Part shown: positions 1-8,834 of the stretch, piece after piece
How positions within the stretch are numbered: position 1 is the stretch's first letter
Layout: every line of letters starts with the position of its first letter
Source of the DNA: Bacillus subtilis subsp. subtilis str. 168
GTDB taxonomy: Bacteria; Bacillota; Bacilli; Bacillales; Bacillaceae
Assembly (NCBI RefSeq): GCF_000009045.1
Contig: NC_000964.3
Location: 1,380,001 to 1,412,000 of the forward strand
DNA: 32,000 nt
Direction of reading: 5' to 3'
Translations under genes and position numbers: made by a program
The notes under the pieces: generated by a model
Told to the model about the DNA's origin: nothing
The model's database searches: none
What the model saw: the letters and a program-made list of their open reading frames with translations, nothing else

Positions 1-852
1 ACCCTTTGCCTGAAGACAGGGAACGCGGTTGTGCTGCGGGGAAGCTCCTCAGCCATCCACAGCAACAAAGCGCTCGTCAGTGTCATTTACAGAGCACTTG
101 AGCAATCAGCGCTTCCGATTCACGCTGTGCAGCTGATTGAGGATACGAGCAGAGAGACAGCAAAAGAGCTCTTTACGTTAAATGATGGCTTAGACGTATT
201 GATTCCGCGCGGAGGCAAGAAACTGATTGATCTCGTTGTGAGAGAATCAACAGTTCCTGTATTAGAAACGGGAGCAGGAAACTGCCACATATTCATTGAC
301 GAAACAGCCAAACCGCAAATGGCAGAAAAGGTTGTTGTAAATGCCAAAACGCAGCGCCCTTCTGTATGCAACGCGATTGAATCATTGCTGATTCACAAGG
401 CTTGGGCAAGACAGCACGGAAAAGAATTGCTGGACCAGCTGGAAAACGCGGGAGTTGAAATTCGCGGTGATGAATTGGTATGTGAACTTCATCCTTCAAG
501 CAAACAAGCATCAAAAGAAGATTGGGAAACCGAATTTTTAGCGCCTGTCCTCAGCGTAAAGACGGTTGAAAACGTCCAAGAAGCTGTAAAGCATATCCAA
601 CAATACGGCACCAATCATTCTGAAGCGATTTTAACTGAAAATGACAAAAATGCGGTATATTTTCAAACGGCTGTCGATGCTGCCGCTGTCTATCATAACG
701 CGTCAACCCGCTTTACCGACGGCTTTGAATTCGGCTACGGAGCCGAAATCGGCATCAGCACGCAAAAGCTTCATGCAAGAGGACCGATGGGGCTTCCTGC
801 ACTGACTTCTACAAAATACATCATTAAAGGAACTGGGCAAATCCGTGAATAG
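1..852 (+). CDS. proA: gamma-glutamyl phosphate reductase, 5'-truncated by the window edge. Frame 1 is open from base 1, and the Met at 31 in the ORF track is internal.
   Basis: The translation reads ...[12 protein letters not shown]... An aldehyde-dehydrogenase-type catalytic Cys sits in [13 protein letters not shown]. The C-terminus is [12 protein letters not shown]. Stop TAG 850-852 is followed by a hairpin terminator. Confidence 0.93.
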   Translation, partial: TLCLKTGNAVVLRGSSSAIHSNKALVSVIYRALEQSALPIHAVQLIEDTSRETAKELFTLNDGLDVLIPRGGKKLIDLVVRESTVPVLETGAGNCHIFIDETAKPQMAEKVVVNAKTQRPSVCNAIESLLIHKAWARQHGKELLDQLENAGVEIRGDELVCELHPSSKQASKEDWETEFLAPVLSVKTVENVQEAVKHIQQYGTNHSEAILTENDKNAVYFQTAVDAAAVYHNASTRFTDGFEFGYGAEIGISTQKLHARGPMGLPALTSTKYIIKGTGQIRE

Positions 853-870
853 CGGGGTAATGTTCAATGA

Positions 871-903
871 AAAAGCTTATCTCATTACGAGATAAGCTTT
901 TTT
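871..903 (+). terminator. rho-independent terminator of proA
   Basis: A perfect 13-bp stem AAAAGCTTATCTC (871-883) / GAGATAAGCTTTT (889-901) has loop ATTAC and runs into a T tract at 898-903. Confidence 0.85.
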
Positions 904-915
904 ATACGCGAAAAA

Positions 916-955
916 TTGACATTTCAAATTTAATTGTGTACAATTTAATTGTATA
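916..955 (+). promoter_or_regulatory. ohrA sigma-A promoter overlapped by the OhrR operator
   Basis: TTGACA (916-921), 17 nt, TACAAT (939-944). A perfect inverted repeat TACAATT-T-AATTGTA lies at 939-953. The 14-nt unit AATTTAATTGTGTA (927-940) is repeated as AATTTAATTGTATA (942-955). OhrR is known to bind inverted repeats over this promoter. Confidence 0.85.
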
Positions 956-977
956 AAATATATTGGGGGAATGAAAA

Positions 978-1403
978 ATGAGTCAGCCATTATTTACCGC
1001 AACTGTTTCAGCGGTAGGAGGAAGAGAAGGAAAGGTCATTTCATCAGACCGCGTTCTTGAGCTTGATGTCGCAATGCCGGGGACACCGAGAGCCAAGAAA
1101 TTAGAAAAAGCGACAAATCCAGAGCAGCTGTTTGCAGCAGGTTATGCAGCTTGCTTTGACAGCGCCCTGCAGCTTGTCGCAAGAACAGAACGGGTAAAAG
1201 TAGAGACAGAGGTTACAGCAAATGTTAGCCTGTTAAAGGATGAAGCGGACCAGGGCTATAAGCTGGGTGTGACGCTGCAAGTAAAAGGAGAAGGAGTCAG
1301 TGCATCAGAATTGGAGGCGCTTGTGAAAAAAGCGCACGGCGTCTGCCCGTACTCAAAAGCAACCTCCGGAAATATTGATGTGACACTTGAAGTTGCTGAA
1401 TAA
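978..1403 (+). CDS. ohrA: organic hydroperoxide resistance peroxiredoxin (Ohr/OsmC family), OhrR-controlled copy
   Basis: 141 aa. The two Ohr catalytic Cys lie in AAGYAACFDS and HGVCPYSKA. The SD GGGGGA is 6-7 nt before the ATG. Confidence 0.95.
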   Translation: MSQPLFTATVSAVGGREGKVISSDRVLELDVAMPGTPRAKKLEKATNPEQLFAAGYAACFDSALQLVARTERVKVETEVTANVSLLKDEADQGYKLGVTLQVKGEGVSASELEALVKKAHGVCPYSKATSGNIDVTLEVAE

Positions 1404-1404
1404 A

Positions 1405-1444
1405 TAAAAAGAGGATGCCTGTACAAGGCATCCTCAATTTTTTT
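1405..1444. terminator. bidirectional terminator shared by convergent ohrA and ohrR
   Basis: Stem GAGGATGCCT (1411-1420) / AGGCATCCTC (1426-1435) is flanked by an A run (1406-1410) and a T run (1438-1444). Confidence 0.85.
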
Positions 1445-1877
1445 GATGAAGTGTTTCCAGTAATGTATATAGAGCGGACTTTAACTGTTTGAGATCCTCC
1501 CCAGACTGCTTTGAGAGCCCCAGAATTGTCCCTGGAATGTCAACCGCTTTTTCTTTTAATAACGCTCCGTCCTCTGTCAGGCTGATCAACACGGACCGCT
1601 CATCCTCTTCAGATCTTTTTCTCGTAATCAAACCCTGTTGTTCCATTCGTTTAAGCATCGGAGTGAGCGTTCCTGAATCTAAATACAGCTGTTCGCCCAT
1701 TTTTTTGACAGTAAGCGTTTCATGTTCCCATAACAAAAGCAAAGCCAAATATTGAGGGTATGTTATATTCAGCTTATCAAGCAGCGGCTTGTATTGCTTT
1801 GTCATCTCCCGCGAACTCGCATATAGCAAAAAACAAAGCTGATTCTCCAATTTCATATGATCAAATTTATTTTCCAT
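1434..1877 (-). CDS. ohrR: MarR-family organic peroxide sensor/repressor (1-Cys type)
   Basis: 147 aa counted from ATG 1877 (MENKFDHMKLENQLCF..., sensing Cys15). It contains a winged-HTH MarR core. The ORF-track start (TTG 1889) adds 4 codons and sits on the GGTGA SD. Confidence 0.9.
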   Translation of the reverse strand: MENKFDHMKLENQLCFLLYASSREMTKQYKPLLDKLNITYPQYLALLLLWEHETLTVKKMGEQLYLDSGTLTPMLKRMEQQGLITRKRSEEDERSVLISLTEDGALLKEKAVDIPGTILGLSKQSGEDLKQLKSALYTLLETLHQKN

Positions 1878-1959
1878 TTTGTTCACCAACTCTTTTTTGT
1901 CATTCGATTCTATTGTATCTGAAAAACCTCACTTTTCCTATTCTCGGCAAACATAGCAT

Positions 1960-1984
1960 GTTTAAAAAGATCAGAAAGGGAAAT
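1960..1984 (+). promoter_or_regulatory. sigma-B-type promoter of ohrB
   Basis: GTTTAA (1960-1965), 12 nt, GGGAAAT (1978-1984). This matches the SigB consensus GTTTAA-N12-14-GGGWAW. ohrB is a known general-stress gene. Confidence 0.7.
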
Positions 1985-2019
1985 ATAACAACTAGATACA
2001 AATAAGGAGGTTGGGAAAT

Positions 2020-2430
2020 ATGGCACTATTTACAGCAAAAGTAACCGCGCGAGGCGGACGAGCAGGACATATTACATCAGATGACGGTGTTCTTGATTTT
2101 GATATTGTCATGCCAAATGCCAAAAAAGAAGGACAAACCGGCACAAATCCGGAACAGCTCTTTGCGGCAGGGTATGCTGCATGCTTCGGCGGCGCGCTCG
2201 AACACGTAGCCAAAGAGCAGAATATCGAAATTGATTCGGAGATTGAAGGGCAGGTCAGCCTCATGAAGGATGAGAGCGACGGCGGGTTTAAAATCGGTGT
2301 CACACTTGTTGTGAACACGAAAGATTTAGATCGGGAAAAGGCACAAGAGCTTGTCAACGCCGCTCATGAATTCTGTCCTTACTCAAAGGCAACCAGAGGA
2401 AATGTTGATGTAAAACTAGAATTAAAATAA
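2020..2430 (+). CDS. ohrB: organic hydroperoxide resistance protein paralog (Ohr/OsmC family), general-stress copy
   Basis: 136 aa counted from ATG 2020. AAGGAGG (2004-2010) lies 9 nt upstream. The Ohr Cys motifs are AAGYAACFGG and HEFCPYSKA. The ORF-track TTG at 2011 overlaps the SD. Confidence 0.93.
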   Translation: MALFTAKVTARGGRAGHITSDDGVLDFDIVMPNAKKEGQTGTNPEQLFAAGYAACFGGALEHVAKEQNIEIDSEIEGQVSLMKDESDGGFKIGVTLVVNTKDLDREKAQELVNAAHEFCPYSKATRGNVDVKLELK

Positions 2431-2437
2431 TGACCGG

Positions 2438-2465
2438 CATCCTGAGGATTCTCAGGATGTTTTTT
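2438..2465 (+). terminator. rho-independent terminator of ohrB
   Basis: Stem CATCCTGAG (2438-2446) / CTCAGGATG (2451-2459), loop GATT, then T6 (2460-2465). Confidence 0.85.
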
Positions 2466-2647
2466 GGTGTCGGACATGCGGGGCGGGCACAGATTTATGA
2501 TAAAACTTCAGAGAAGCGTTTGAAGCATGCCTTTAAACCAAAAGTTACAGATGAAGCGGGTGGCTGGCACGGTGTCTGCCGTGCTGAATTGCGCGTATAT
2601 GCTGTTTTGTATTTGCACAGGGCATAGCGGCTACTTGGAGAAATAAC

Positions 2648-2676
2648 AAGGACCAGGCCGCGCATGCCTGATCCTT
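2648..2676 (-). terminator. putative terminator of guaD
   Basis: An 11-position stem with 10 pairs, AAGGACCAGGC (2648-2658) / GCCTGATCCTT (2666-2676), starts immediately after the guaD stop. The downstream U tract on the minus strand is only moderate (GTTATTT). Confidence 0.5.
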
Positions 2677-3147
2677 TTAATATTCTTTCTTATTGGCGAA
2701 GTTCCGCCATGCTTGAAACGGGGATAAATGCTCTGTTAGTGTCACTTGATAAAAGGGGATCGTTCTTTCTTCAGCAGGTTTATCAATTTCTTTATAAATG
2801 AATGAATCATCAAACCCGGCTTCGGCAGCGTCTGTGTGCTCAGCTGCATAGAAAACGGCTTTAGGCCGGGCCCAGTAGATGGCGCCCAAGCACATTGGGC
2901 ATGGTTCACAGCTCGTATACAAAATGCAGTCATCAAGCTGGTAGGCTCCTAGCACCTTACAGGCTTTCCGAATAGCTGTGACTTCCGCGTGGGCAGTCGG
3001 ATCATTGCTTGTTGTGACGTTGTTCTGTCCCTCTGCAATAATGGCTCCGTCTTTCACGATAACGGCTCCAAAAGGCCCGCCGATTCCTGCATTCACTCCT
3101 TCACATGCGAGAGTGACAGCCCGTTTTAAGAACGTTTCATGATTCAT
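2677..3147 (-). CDS. guaD: guanine deaminase (CDA-fold zinc deaminase)
   Basis: 156 aa counted from ATG 3147. The SD AGGAGGG (complement of 3153-3160) precedes it. The zinc motifs HAE (TAHAEVTAI) and PCxxC (CEPCPMCLGA) are present. The 57-codon N-terminal extension in the track has no SD. Confidence 0.92.
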   Translation of the reverse strand: MNHETFLKRAVTLACEGVNAGIGGPFGAVIVKDGAIIAEGQNNVTTSNDPTAHAEVTAIRKACKVLGAYQLDDCILYTSCEPCPMCLGAIYWARPKAVFYAAEHTDAAEAGFDDSFIYKEIDKPAEERTIPFYQVTLTEHLSPFQAWRNFANKKEY

Positions 3148-3281
3148 CCCAATCCCTCCTGTCAATAGAGTGTTATTAGTATAGCCGAAAAGAATGCAAA
3201 GAACATTCTTAAAAAAGTGCAAAATAAACAAAGTATTTGGGGGATTTGCTAAATAAGAAACCGATTGTGGCTGTATTATAG

Positions 3282-3315
3282 AAAAAAACCATCTGCCAAA
3301 TGCAGATGGTTTTTT
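3282..3315 (-). terminator. terminator of metE (hairpin flanked by A and T runs, so potentially bidirectional)
   Basis: Stem CCATCTGC (3289-3296) / GCAGATGG (3302-3309) is flanked by A7 (3282-3288) and T6 (3310-3315). It lies 5 nt beyond the metE stop. Confidence 0.85.
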
Positions 3316-3319
3316 CAAA

Positions 3320-5608
3320 TTATACTAGCTGTGTCTGCTGTGCTCTTGCCTGTTTTGCGGCTTCAACCATATTTTTCAATGCTGCAACCGTTTCTTCCTG
3401 CTGTCTTGTTTTCAATCCGCAGTCTGGATTTACCCAGAAGCGGTCAGTCGGACAGACGGCAAGCGCATCAACGATAATATTGTACATTTCTTCAGTTGAC
3501 GGCACACGAGGGCTGTGAATGTCATATACACCAAGGCCAAGCCCTTTCAAATACGGGTGGTTTTTTAAGTAATCTAAAAATCCTCCGTGGCTTCTGCTAT
3601 GTTCGATTGTAATCACATCGGCATCAAGATCATTGATTGTATCAACGATATCTTCGAAGTTGCTGTAGCACATATGTGTATGAATTTGTGTCTCGTTTTT
3701 CACGGAAGAAGTGGTTAATCTGAAAGCTTCTGCCGCCCAAGTCAAATACTCATCCCAATCGCGGGTTTTCAATGGAAGGCCTTCACGCAGCGCTGGTTCA
3801 TCGACTTGAATGATTTGAATGCCTGCGTCTTCAAGCGCTTTAACTTCTTTGCGAAGGGCAAGCCCGATTTGGAAGGCGATTTCTTTCCTCGAGATGTCGT
3901 TTCGAGGGAAAGACCAGTTTAAGATTGTAACCGGGCCCGTCAGCATTCCTTTCACATGCTTGGAAGTCAATGACTGTGCGTAGACTGTGTCTTTCACTGT
4001 CATCGGTTCAATAAATTCAACATCTCCGTAAATGACTGGCGGGCGGACACAGCGTGAGCCGTATGATTGAACCCAGGCATATTTAGTGAAGGCGAAACCG
4101 GCCAGCTTTTCACCGAAGTATTCGACCATGTCTGTCCGTTCAAATTCGCCGTGAACAAGGACATCAAGCTCCAATTCTTCCTGAATATCAATCCATCTTT
4201 TTGTTTCCGCATTGATAAAGTTTTGATACTGTTCATCGGACCACTCAGCTTTCCGCCATTTTTGGCGTGCGCTCCGCACTTCAGCAGACTGCGGGAAGCT
4301 GCCGATCGTTGTCGTCGGCAAAAGCGGAAGGCCGAGAGATTCATTTTGTAGGGCTAAACGTTCTTCAAACGGAATCGGGCGCTTGAAGTCTTTATCAGTT
4401 AATTGCTCAAGCTCTTTCTTTTGTTCAGAATTGGCGCCTGTTGCAAACTGTTTAAGCGCCTGGATATCAGCCTTAGCCTGCTGAATCTCTTCGCTGATCG
4501 CCGCTTTTCCTGATACTAAGCCTTCTTTCAAAGCTGTCAGCTCGGCCAGCTTTTCTTTTGCGTAGGATAATCCGTTCAATAGGTCTTTTTCCAAATGCTC
4601 ATCAGGGTGTTTCGCTACTGGAACATGCAGCAGGCTGCTGGAAGGCTGAATCCACAGTTCATCAACTTTTGCAATGCTGAGAATATCAAGAACGGCATCG
4701 AGACGCTCTTCAAGGTCCGCTTTCCAAATGTTGCGTCCGTCGATAACGCCGGCTGCCAGCACTTTATCTGTCGGGAAGCCATGTGTTTTAAGCTGTTCCA
4801 GGTTTCTGCCTTTGTCGTGAACGAAATCAAGGCCAATTCCCTGAACCGGGTAAGAGATCAGCTCTTCATAAGCATCAACAGAATCAAAATACGTCTGCAA
4901 AAGCACATTCAAGGATGAAAGCTCACTTGTAATGCTTTCAAATAATTCTTTTGCGCCGCGTACATCTTCACTAGAGGCGGTAACGAGCGCCGGCTCATCG
5001 ATTTGAACCCATTTTACGCCTTCTTCTTCAAGCTCTTTCAAAAGCTGTACATATAATGGCACAAGGCGTTTTTGGATCGCTTTTGCTTCAGACGGTTCAT
5101 AGCCTTTAGCAAGCGTAACGAACGTATAAGGGCCGACAATCACAGGCTTTGTTTCCACACCGTATTCCTGTTTGATCCGGCGATAATCTTCGAGTTGTTT
5201 GTTTCTTGTCAGACGGAACTCAATGCTCTCGTCATATTCCGGAACGATGTAATGGTAATTTGTATTAAACCATTTTGTCATTTCACTAGATACAGCGTCT
5301 TTGATTCCGCGGGCGATAGCGAAGTATGTATCGGTAGCGTCAGTCAAATGTCTGAACCGTTTCGGGATCCAGTTGAAGCTGACTGCTGTGTCGAGTACAT
5401 GGTCATACTGTGTGAAATCAGAAACAGGCACAACATCAATCTGCTGGTCAATTTGTGTTTTTACTGCGGATAAAAATAGTTCGTCGATTTGCTTCAAAAA
5501 CGTATCTTTATCAGTACTGCCTTTCCAATACGCTTCAAGTGCTTTTTTCCATTCCCGGTTCAGTCCGATTCTCGGAAATCCTAAATTCGATGTTTTGATG
5601 GTTGTCAT
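3320..5608 (-). CDS. metE: cobalamin-independent methionine synthase
   Basis: 762 aa with the two-barrel MetE layout. The zinc ligands lie in IHTHMCYS and NPDCGLKTR. The SD AAAGGAGGAGAAACA precedes the ATG. Confidence 0.97.
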   Translation of the reverse strand: MTTIKTSNLGFPRIGLNREWKKALEAYWKGSTDKDTFLKQIDELFLSAVKTQIDQQIDVVPVSDFTQYDHVLDTAVSFNWIPKRFRHLTDATDTYFAIARGIKDAVSSEMTKWFNTNYHYIVPEYDESIEFRLTRNKQLEDYRRIKQEYGVETKPVIVGPYTFVTLAKGYEPSEAKAIQKRLVPLYVQLLKELEEEGVKWVQIDEPALVTASSEDVRGAKELFESITSELSSLNVLLQTYFDSVDAYEELISYPVQGIGLDFVHDKGRNLEQLKTHGFPTDKVLAAGVIDGRNIWKADLEERLDAVLDILSIAKVDELWIQPSSSLLHVPVAKHPDEHLEKDLLNGLSYAKEKLAELTALKEGLVSGKAAISEEIQQAKADIQALKQFATGANSEQKKELEQLTDKDFKRPIPFEERLALQNESLGLPLLPTTTIGSFPQSAEVRSARQKWRKAEWSDEQYQNFINAETKRWIDIQEELELDVLVHGEFERTDMVEYFGEKLAGFAFTKYAWVQSYGSRCVRPPVIYGDVEFIEPMTVKDTVYAQSLTSKHVKGMLTGPVTILNWSFPRNDISRKEIAFQIGLALRKEVKALEDAGIQIIQVDEPALREGLPLKTRDWDEYLTWAAEAFRLTTSSVKNETQIHTHMCYSNFEDIVDTINDLDADVITIEHSRSHGGFLDYLKNHPYLKGLGLGVYDIHSPRVPSTEEMYNIIVDALAVCPTDRFWVNPDCGLKTRQQEETVAALKNMVEAAKQARAQQTQLV

Positions 5609-5675
5609 TGTTTCTCCTCCTTTATATGTAAAACACTCTCTTTCACCCGCGGATACAGGCTGCTAAGAGGTTTTC

Positions 5676-5895
5676 TCACAACAAAAAGCCTCTTTCCCAT
5701 GAGAGAAAGAGGCTTTTCTACGTAAAACACTGCCTCTCTCATCTCTCAGACACAATCTGATGGAATTAGCACCGTGCCTTATGAGACATCAGTCTCGGCG
5801 CGAAAAGCAGTGCGCCCCATTTCACAATGGTATTACGGTCGGTTGCTGTTGGGGTCAAAAGGCCAATCCCTCGCCCAACTCTCGATAAGAGAAAA
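5676..5895 (-). promoter_or_regulatory. S-box (SAM-I) riboswitch leader of metE, including its terminator
   Basis: The minus strand reads CTCTTATCGAGAGTTGGGCGAGGGATTGGCC...GTGCTAATTCC...GAGAGATGAGAGAGGCAG, which is the conserved S-box core. It is followed by the terminator GAAAAGCCTCTTTC-TCTCATGG-GAAAGAGGCTTTTT (about 5680-5719). Confidence 0.93.
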
Positions 5896-5934
5896 TGTTA
5901 TTAATTTTTTGAAAAGTTGAATCATTTGTTGGTA

Positions 5935-5964
5935 ATCTTAACAGTAATTCAAATTCATTGTCAA
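5935..5964 (-). promoter_or_regulatory. sigma-A promoter of the metE leader
   Basis: On the minus strand: TTGACA (5964-5959), 18 nt, TAAGAT (5940-5935), with TGT immediately upstream of the -10 (extended -10). Confidence 0.65.
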
Positions 5965-6023
5965 CATAGAATTTGAAATTTTTATTTACATGATGTGGTG
6001 TATATTATATAAGAAAAATAATC

Positions 6024-6983
6024 TTATAGGGTCAACAAATGTGATTGCTCTGCTTTTTCTGCGAGCTCATCAGGAGCTGTTAAATACAGGAATCCATTGC
6101 CTGCCAGCGTTTTTGCAATATCAAGAGGAAGTGTCCTGCGGATTAGCTGTGCGAAAACCTCAGATTCAGAAAGCTTTCTTTGAAATGATTCTTCTTCATA
6201 GCTTTTGATTAAAGCAAGCGCACCGCTGACATGAGGGGCAGCCATTGAAGTGCCGGTCAGCTTACCGTACTTCTTGTTGGGAAGGGTGGATAAGATGTTT
6301 TCTCCTGGTGCCACAAGGTCAATCTCTTTATTCGCGTTAGAAAATTCTGATAATTCTCGCGCTACAGAAACAGATCCAACTGCAATCACTTCATTATAAG
6401 CTGCGGGGTAGGAAAGCTCTTCTGTGCGTTCGTCGCCGTCACCTTCATTTCCCGCTGCACAAACGACAAGCACTCCGTTTTTCACTGCGTTTTTCACTGC
6501 TTCTTTTAGCTCTGGCACATCGCTTGGCCCTCCAAGGGACATTGAGATGATGTCGACTTTCTGTTCCACCGCGTAGTTGATGCCGTTAATTATCCATTCG
6601 TATTGTCCGCTGCCGTTCTCGCCGCCAAGAACCTTCACAATCAATAGGCTTGCCTCAGGCGCGACTCCGGCAATGCCTCCGTTTGAATCATTAGCTGCAA
6701 TTGTTCCGGCGACGTGTGTGCCGTGTCCGTTGTAGTCGGAAATCGCATCTTCCTTGCCGCCGTCGTCATCCGTGAAGTTCTTTCCGCCGATGATTTGATT
6801 TTTTAAATCAGGGTGGCTTGTGTCGCAGCCTGTGTCTAATACAGCAACTTTAATATTTTTGCCTTTTACCCCTTTTGCCCACATTTCTGGCGCCTTAATC
6901 ACTTTAATGCCCTCAGGAAGCTCGTTTACATCCATGATCTGCTCATTCGTCACATACGGGATCAAGCGGATTTCACCATTCAT
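6024..6983 (-). CDS. ispA: major intracellular subtilisin-like serine protease
   Basis: 319 aa counted from ATG 6983. AAGGAGGG lies 7 nt upstream. The catalytic triad motifs are VAVLDTG, HGTHVAG and GTSMAAP. There is an N-terminal LIPY propeptide motif and no signal peptide. Confidence 0.95.
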   Translation of the reverse strand: MNGEIRLIPYVTNEQIMDVNELPEGIKVIKAPEMWAKGVKGKNIKVAVLDTGCDTSHPDLKNQIIGGKNFTDDDGGKEDAISDYNGHGTHVAGTIAANDSNGGIAGVAPEASLLIVKVLGGENGSGQYEWIINGINYAVEQKVDIISMSLGGPSDVPELKEAVKNAVKNGVLVVCAAGNEGDGDERTEELSYPAAYNEVIAVGSVSVARELSEFSNANKEIDLVAPGENILSTLPNKKYGKLTGTSMAAPHVSGALALIKSYEEESFQRKLSESEVFAQLIRRTLPLDIAKTLAGNGFLYLTAPDELAEKAEQSHLLTL

Positions 6984-7205
6984 AAAAAAGCCCTCCTTTT
7001 TTATGCTTGCAAGTGGATTCAAGGGTGTTGCCTCATATTATATGAAAAAAGCAAGCGCTCGGACAGAGCCATTTGAAGCATTTTGAAAAAATAGGATACA
7101 CACCAAAGAATTAGTAATCTTCAAAATATTGGATGGCTTCAACATGTATGACTGGGATTCAACTGTAAGTCAAGTTATAATAGTGTTGGGGAAAGGAGCA
7201 GTGTC

Positions 7206-8039
7206 ATGAAACTGAATGAAAAATTATATGCATTTTTTTCAGAGCATGTGGAACAAATGGCCGAGGAATGGATTGAAACGATGGAGGAAAGTGATCCGAA
7301 TTCGCTTTACGCCCTACATAATGCAACAGTAACGGAAGAATTGAAAGAGCAGGACAGAGAATTTTACCGGCATCTGAATTACATGTATGTTTTACCGGAA
7401 AAACAATTTCTCGAAGAGTTTCAAGAGTGGGTCATTGAGCTGACCAACGATCAAAAACATCTCGACACACCGGTTCAGTATGTCATTCGGGAGTTTATGA
7501 GAAACAGGAGATTATATACGAAGTATTTTGAGAAGTTCGCAGAAGAAAATGAATCAGCGTTTGAACCGGGAGAGAAGCAAAAATGGGCAGATTTGATTGT
7601 AAAAGTATTTGATTTCACCATTTATACATTCGTTGATCACGCTGAAATGAATGCCAAGCAGCAATTAAACGCCCAAAGAGAAATGATATTGGAATTAAGC
7701 TCACCTGTCATTACCCTGAGCAAATCAACAGCTCTGCTGCCGCTTGTCGGTGACATTGATACCGAACGGGCGAAGTTTATTCTGGAAAACACGCTTCAAG
7801 CTTGTGCGAAAAGACGTGTGGAGCATCTGTTAATCGATCTGTCAGGTGTTGTTGTGGTGGATACGATGGTGGCGCACCAGATCTTTAAATTGATTGAGGC
7901 GCTTAATCTGATCGGTGTCCGGTCAACCCTGTCAGGAATCAGGCCTGAAATTGCGCAAACTGCTGTACAGCTGGGGATTGACTTTTCGAATATTACTATT
8001 AAAACCAACCTTGCCCAAGCATTAAACTATCATCAATAA
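7206..8039 (+). CDS. rsbRB: RsbR paralog (stressosome co-antagonist): N-terminal sensor domain plus C-terminal STAS
   Basis: 277 aa. The STAS region is LPLVGDIDTERA...LLIDLSGVVVVDT. The SD GGAAAGGAG lies upstream. Confidence 0.9.
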   Translation: MKLNEKLYAFFSEHVEQMAEEWIETMEESDPNSLYALHNATVTEELKEQDREFYRHLNYMYVLPEKQFLEEFQEWVIELTNDQKHLDTPVQYVIREFMRNRRLYTKYFEKFAEENESAFEPGEKQKWADLIVKVFDFTIYTFVDHAEMNAKQQLNAQREMILELSSPVITLSKSTALLPLVGDIDTERAKFILENTLQACAKRRVEHLLIDLSGVVVVDTMVAHQIFKLIEALNLIGVRSTLSGIRPEIAQTAVQLGIDFSNITIKTNLAQALNYHQ

Positions 8040-8040
8040 A

Positions 8041-8071
8041 AAAATCCGCTATCTGTGATAGCGGATTTTTT
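8041..8071. terminator. bidirectional terminator between convergent rsbRB and ykoC
   Basis: A perfect 13-bp stem AAAATCCGCTATC (8041-8053) / GATAGCGGATTTT (8057-8069) has loop TGT. Confidence 0.88.
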
Positions 8072-8834
8072 ATGATGCGAAACATAAAGATACGAGAAAG
8101 GATCCCGCGAATAATAAGAGGACGAGGCAAAAGAACACCCAGTCGCGCCGGTTCACGCTCAATGTCCTGTAGTATGTCCGGTTTCTGCTTCCTGTAAATC
8201 CTTTCGATTCCATCGCAAGCGCTGTCCGTTCCGCTTTTCTGATGGCGCTTGCCAATAGCGGTATGGTATATCGTTTTAACGCACTGATTTTATTAATGAT
8301 GCCGCTCTCCGCCGCTCCTCCTCTGATTTTATGAGCCTGCTGAATCAGCTGGACCTCATCCTTTAACAGCGGAAGAAAGCGAAAGCCTGCAATGACACCG
8401 TACGCGAGCTTTGGTGAGAGCCTGCACTGCTGGACAAGGCTCAGCATAAATAGAATCGGATCGGTTGTAAAAACAAACATCATCGATAAGGCGGAAAAGC
8501 ATAAAATACGAAACCCGAGAGAGATGCCGACAGACACATTATCGCTGTTAATGGAGATAGGGCCTGCTTGAAACAAAAAATTATCCGGTGTTGTCGGCAC
8601 TTTTCCAAAAACTGCGGCTGTCCACACGCATCCGAATGCTAAAATCAAAAACGGAATCGTAAACAACAACCATTTTTTCAATGGGATTCCGGCCGCCAGT
8701 AAAACGCCCGCAACGATGATGATATAAAAACATGCCGGAGTGTAAGGGTTGTAAATAAACGACAGCATGACGACACAACAAAAAACCGCCGCCGCTTTCA
8801 CAGTCGGATTAATGAGATGTAACGGTTGCTTCAT
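8070..8834 (-). CDS. ykoC: ECF-type transporter transmembrane (T, CbiQ/EcfT-like) component of the HMP/thiamine uptake system
   Basis: 254 aa counted from ATG 8834 ([10 protein letters not shown]...). It is polytopic. The start overlaps the ykoD 3' end by 26 nt. The longer ORF in the track would run through the ykoD coding sequence. Confidence 0.88.

Noticed and set aside
2430-2627. 65-aa plus-strand ORF immediately after ohrB.
   Set aside because: Its ATG overlaps the ohrB stop, and the frame runs straight through the ohrB terminator hairpin. It has no SD, and the composition does not look protein-like.
2495-2665. 56-aa minus-strand ORF starting inside the guaD terminator hairpin.
   Set aside because: The start codon is embedded in the hairpin loop or arm, and there is only a marginal AAAGGA upstream. 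The peptide is Cys/Arg-rich with no recognisable features. It is most likely a chance ORF.
3320-5666. Several 70-133-aa ORFs overlapping metE on either strand (4000-4344, 4067-4351, 4595-4918, 4615-4836, 5072-5473, 5301-5666).
   Set aside because: They lie in shadow or alternative frames of a long, clearly real gene. None has an SD, and all have biased, low-complexity composition.
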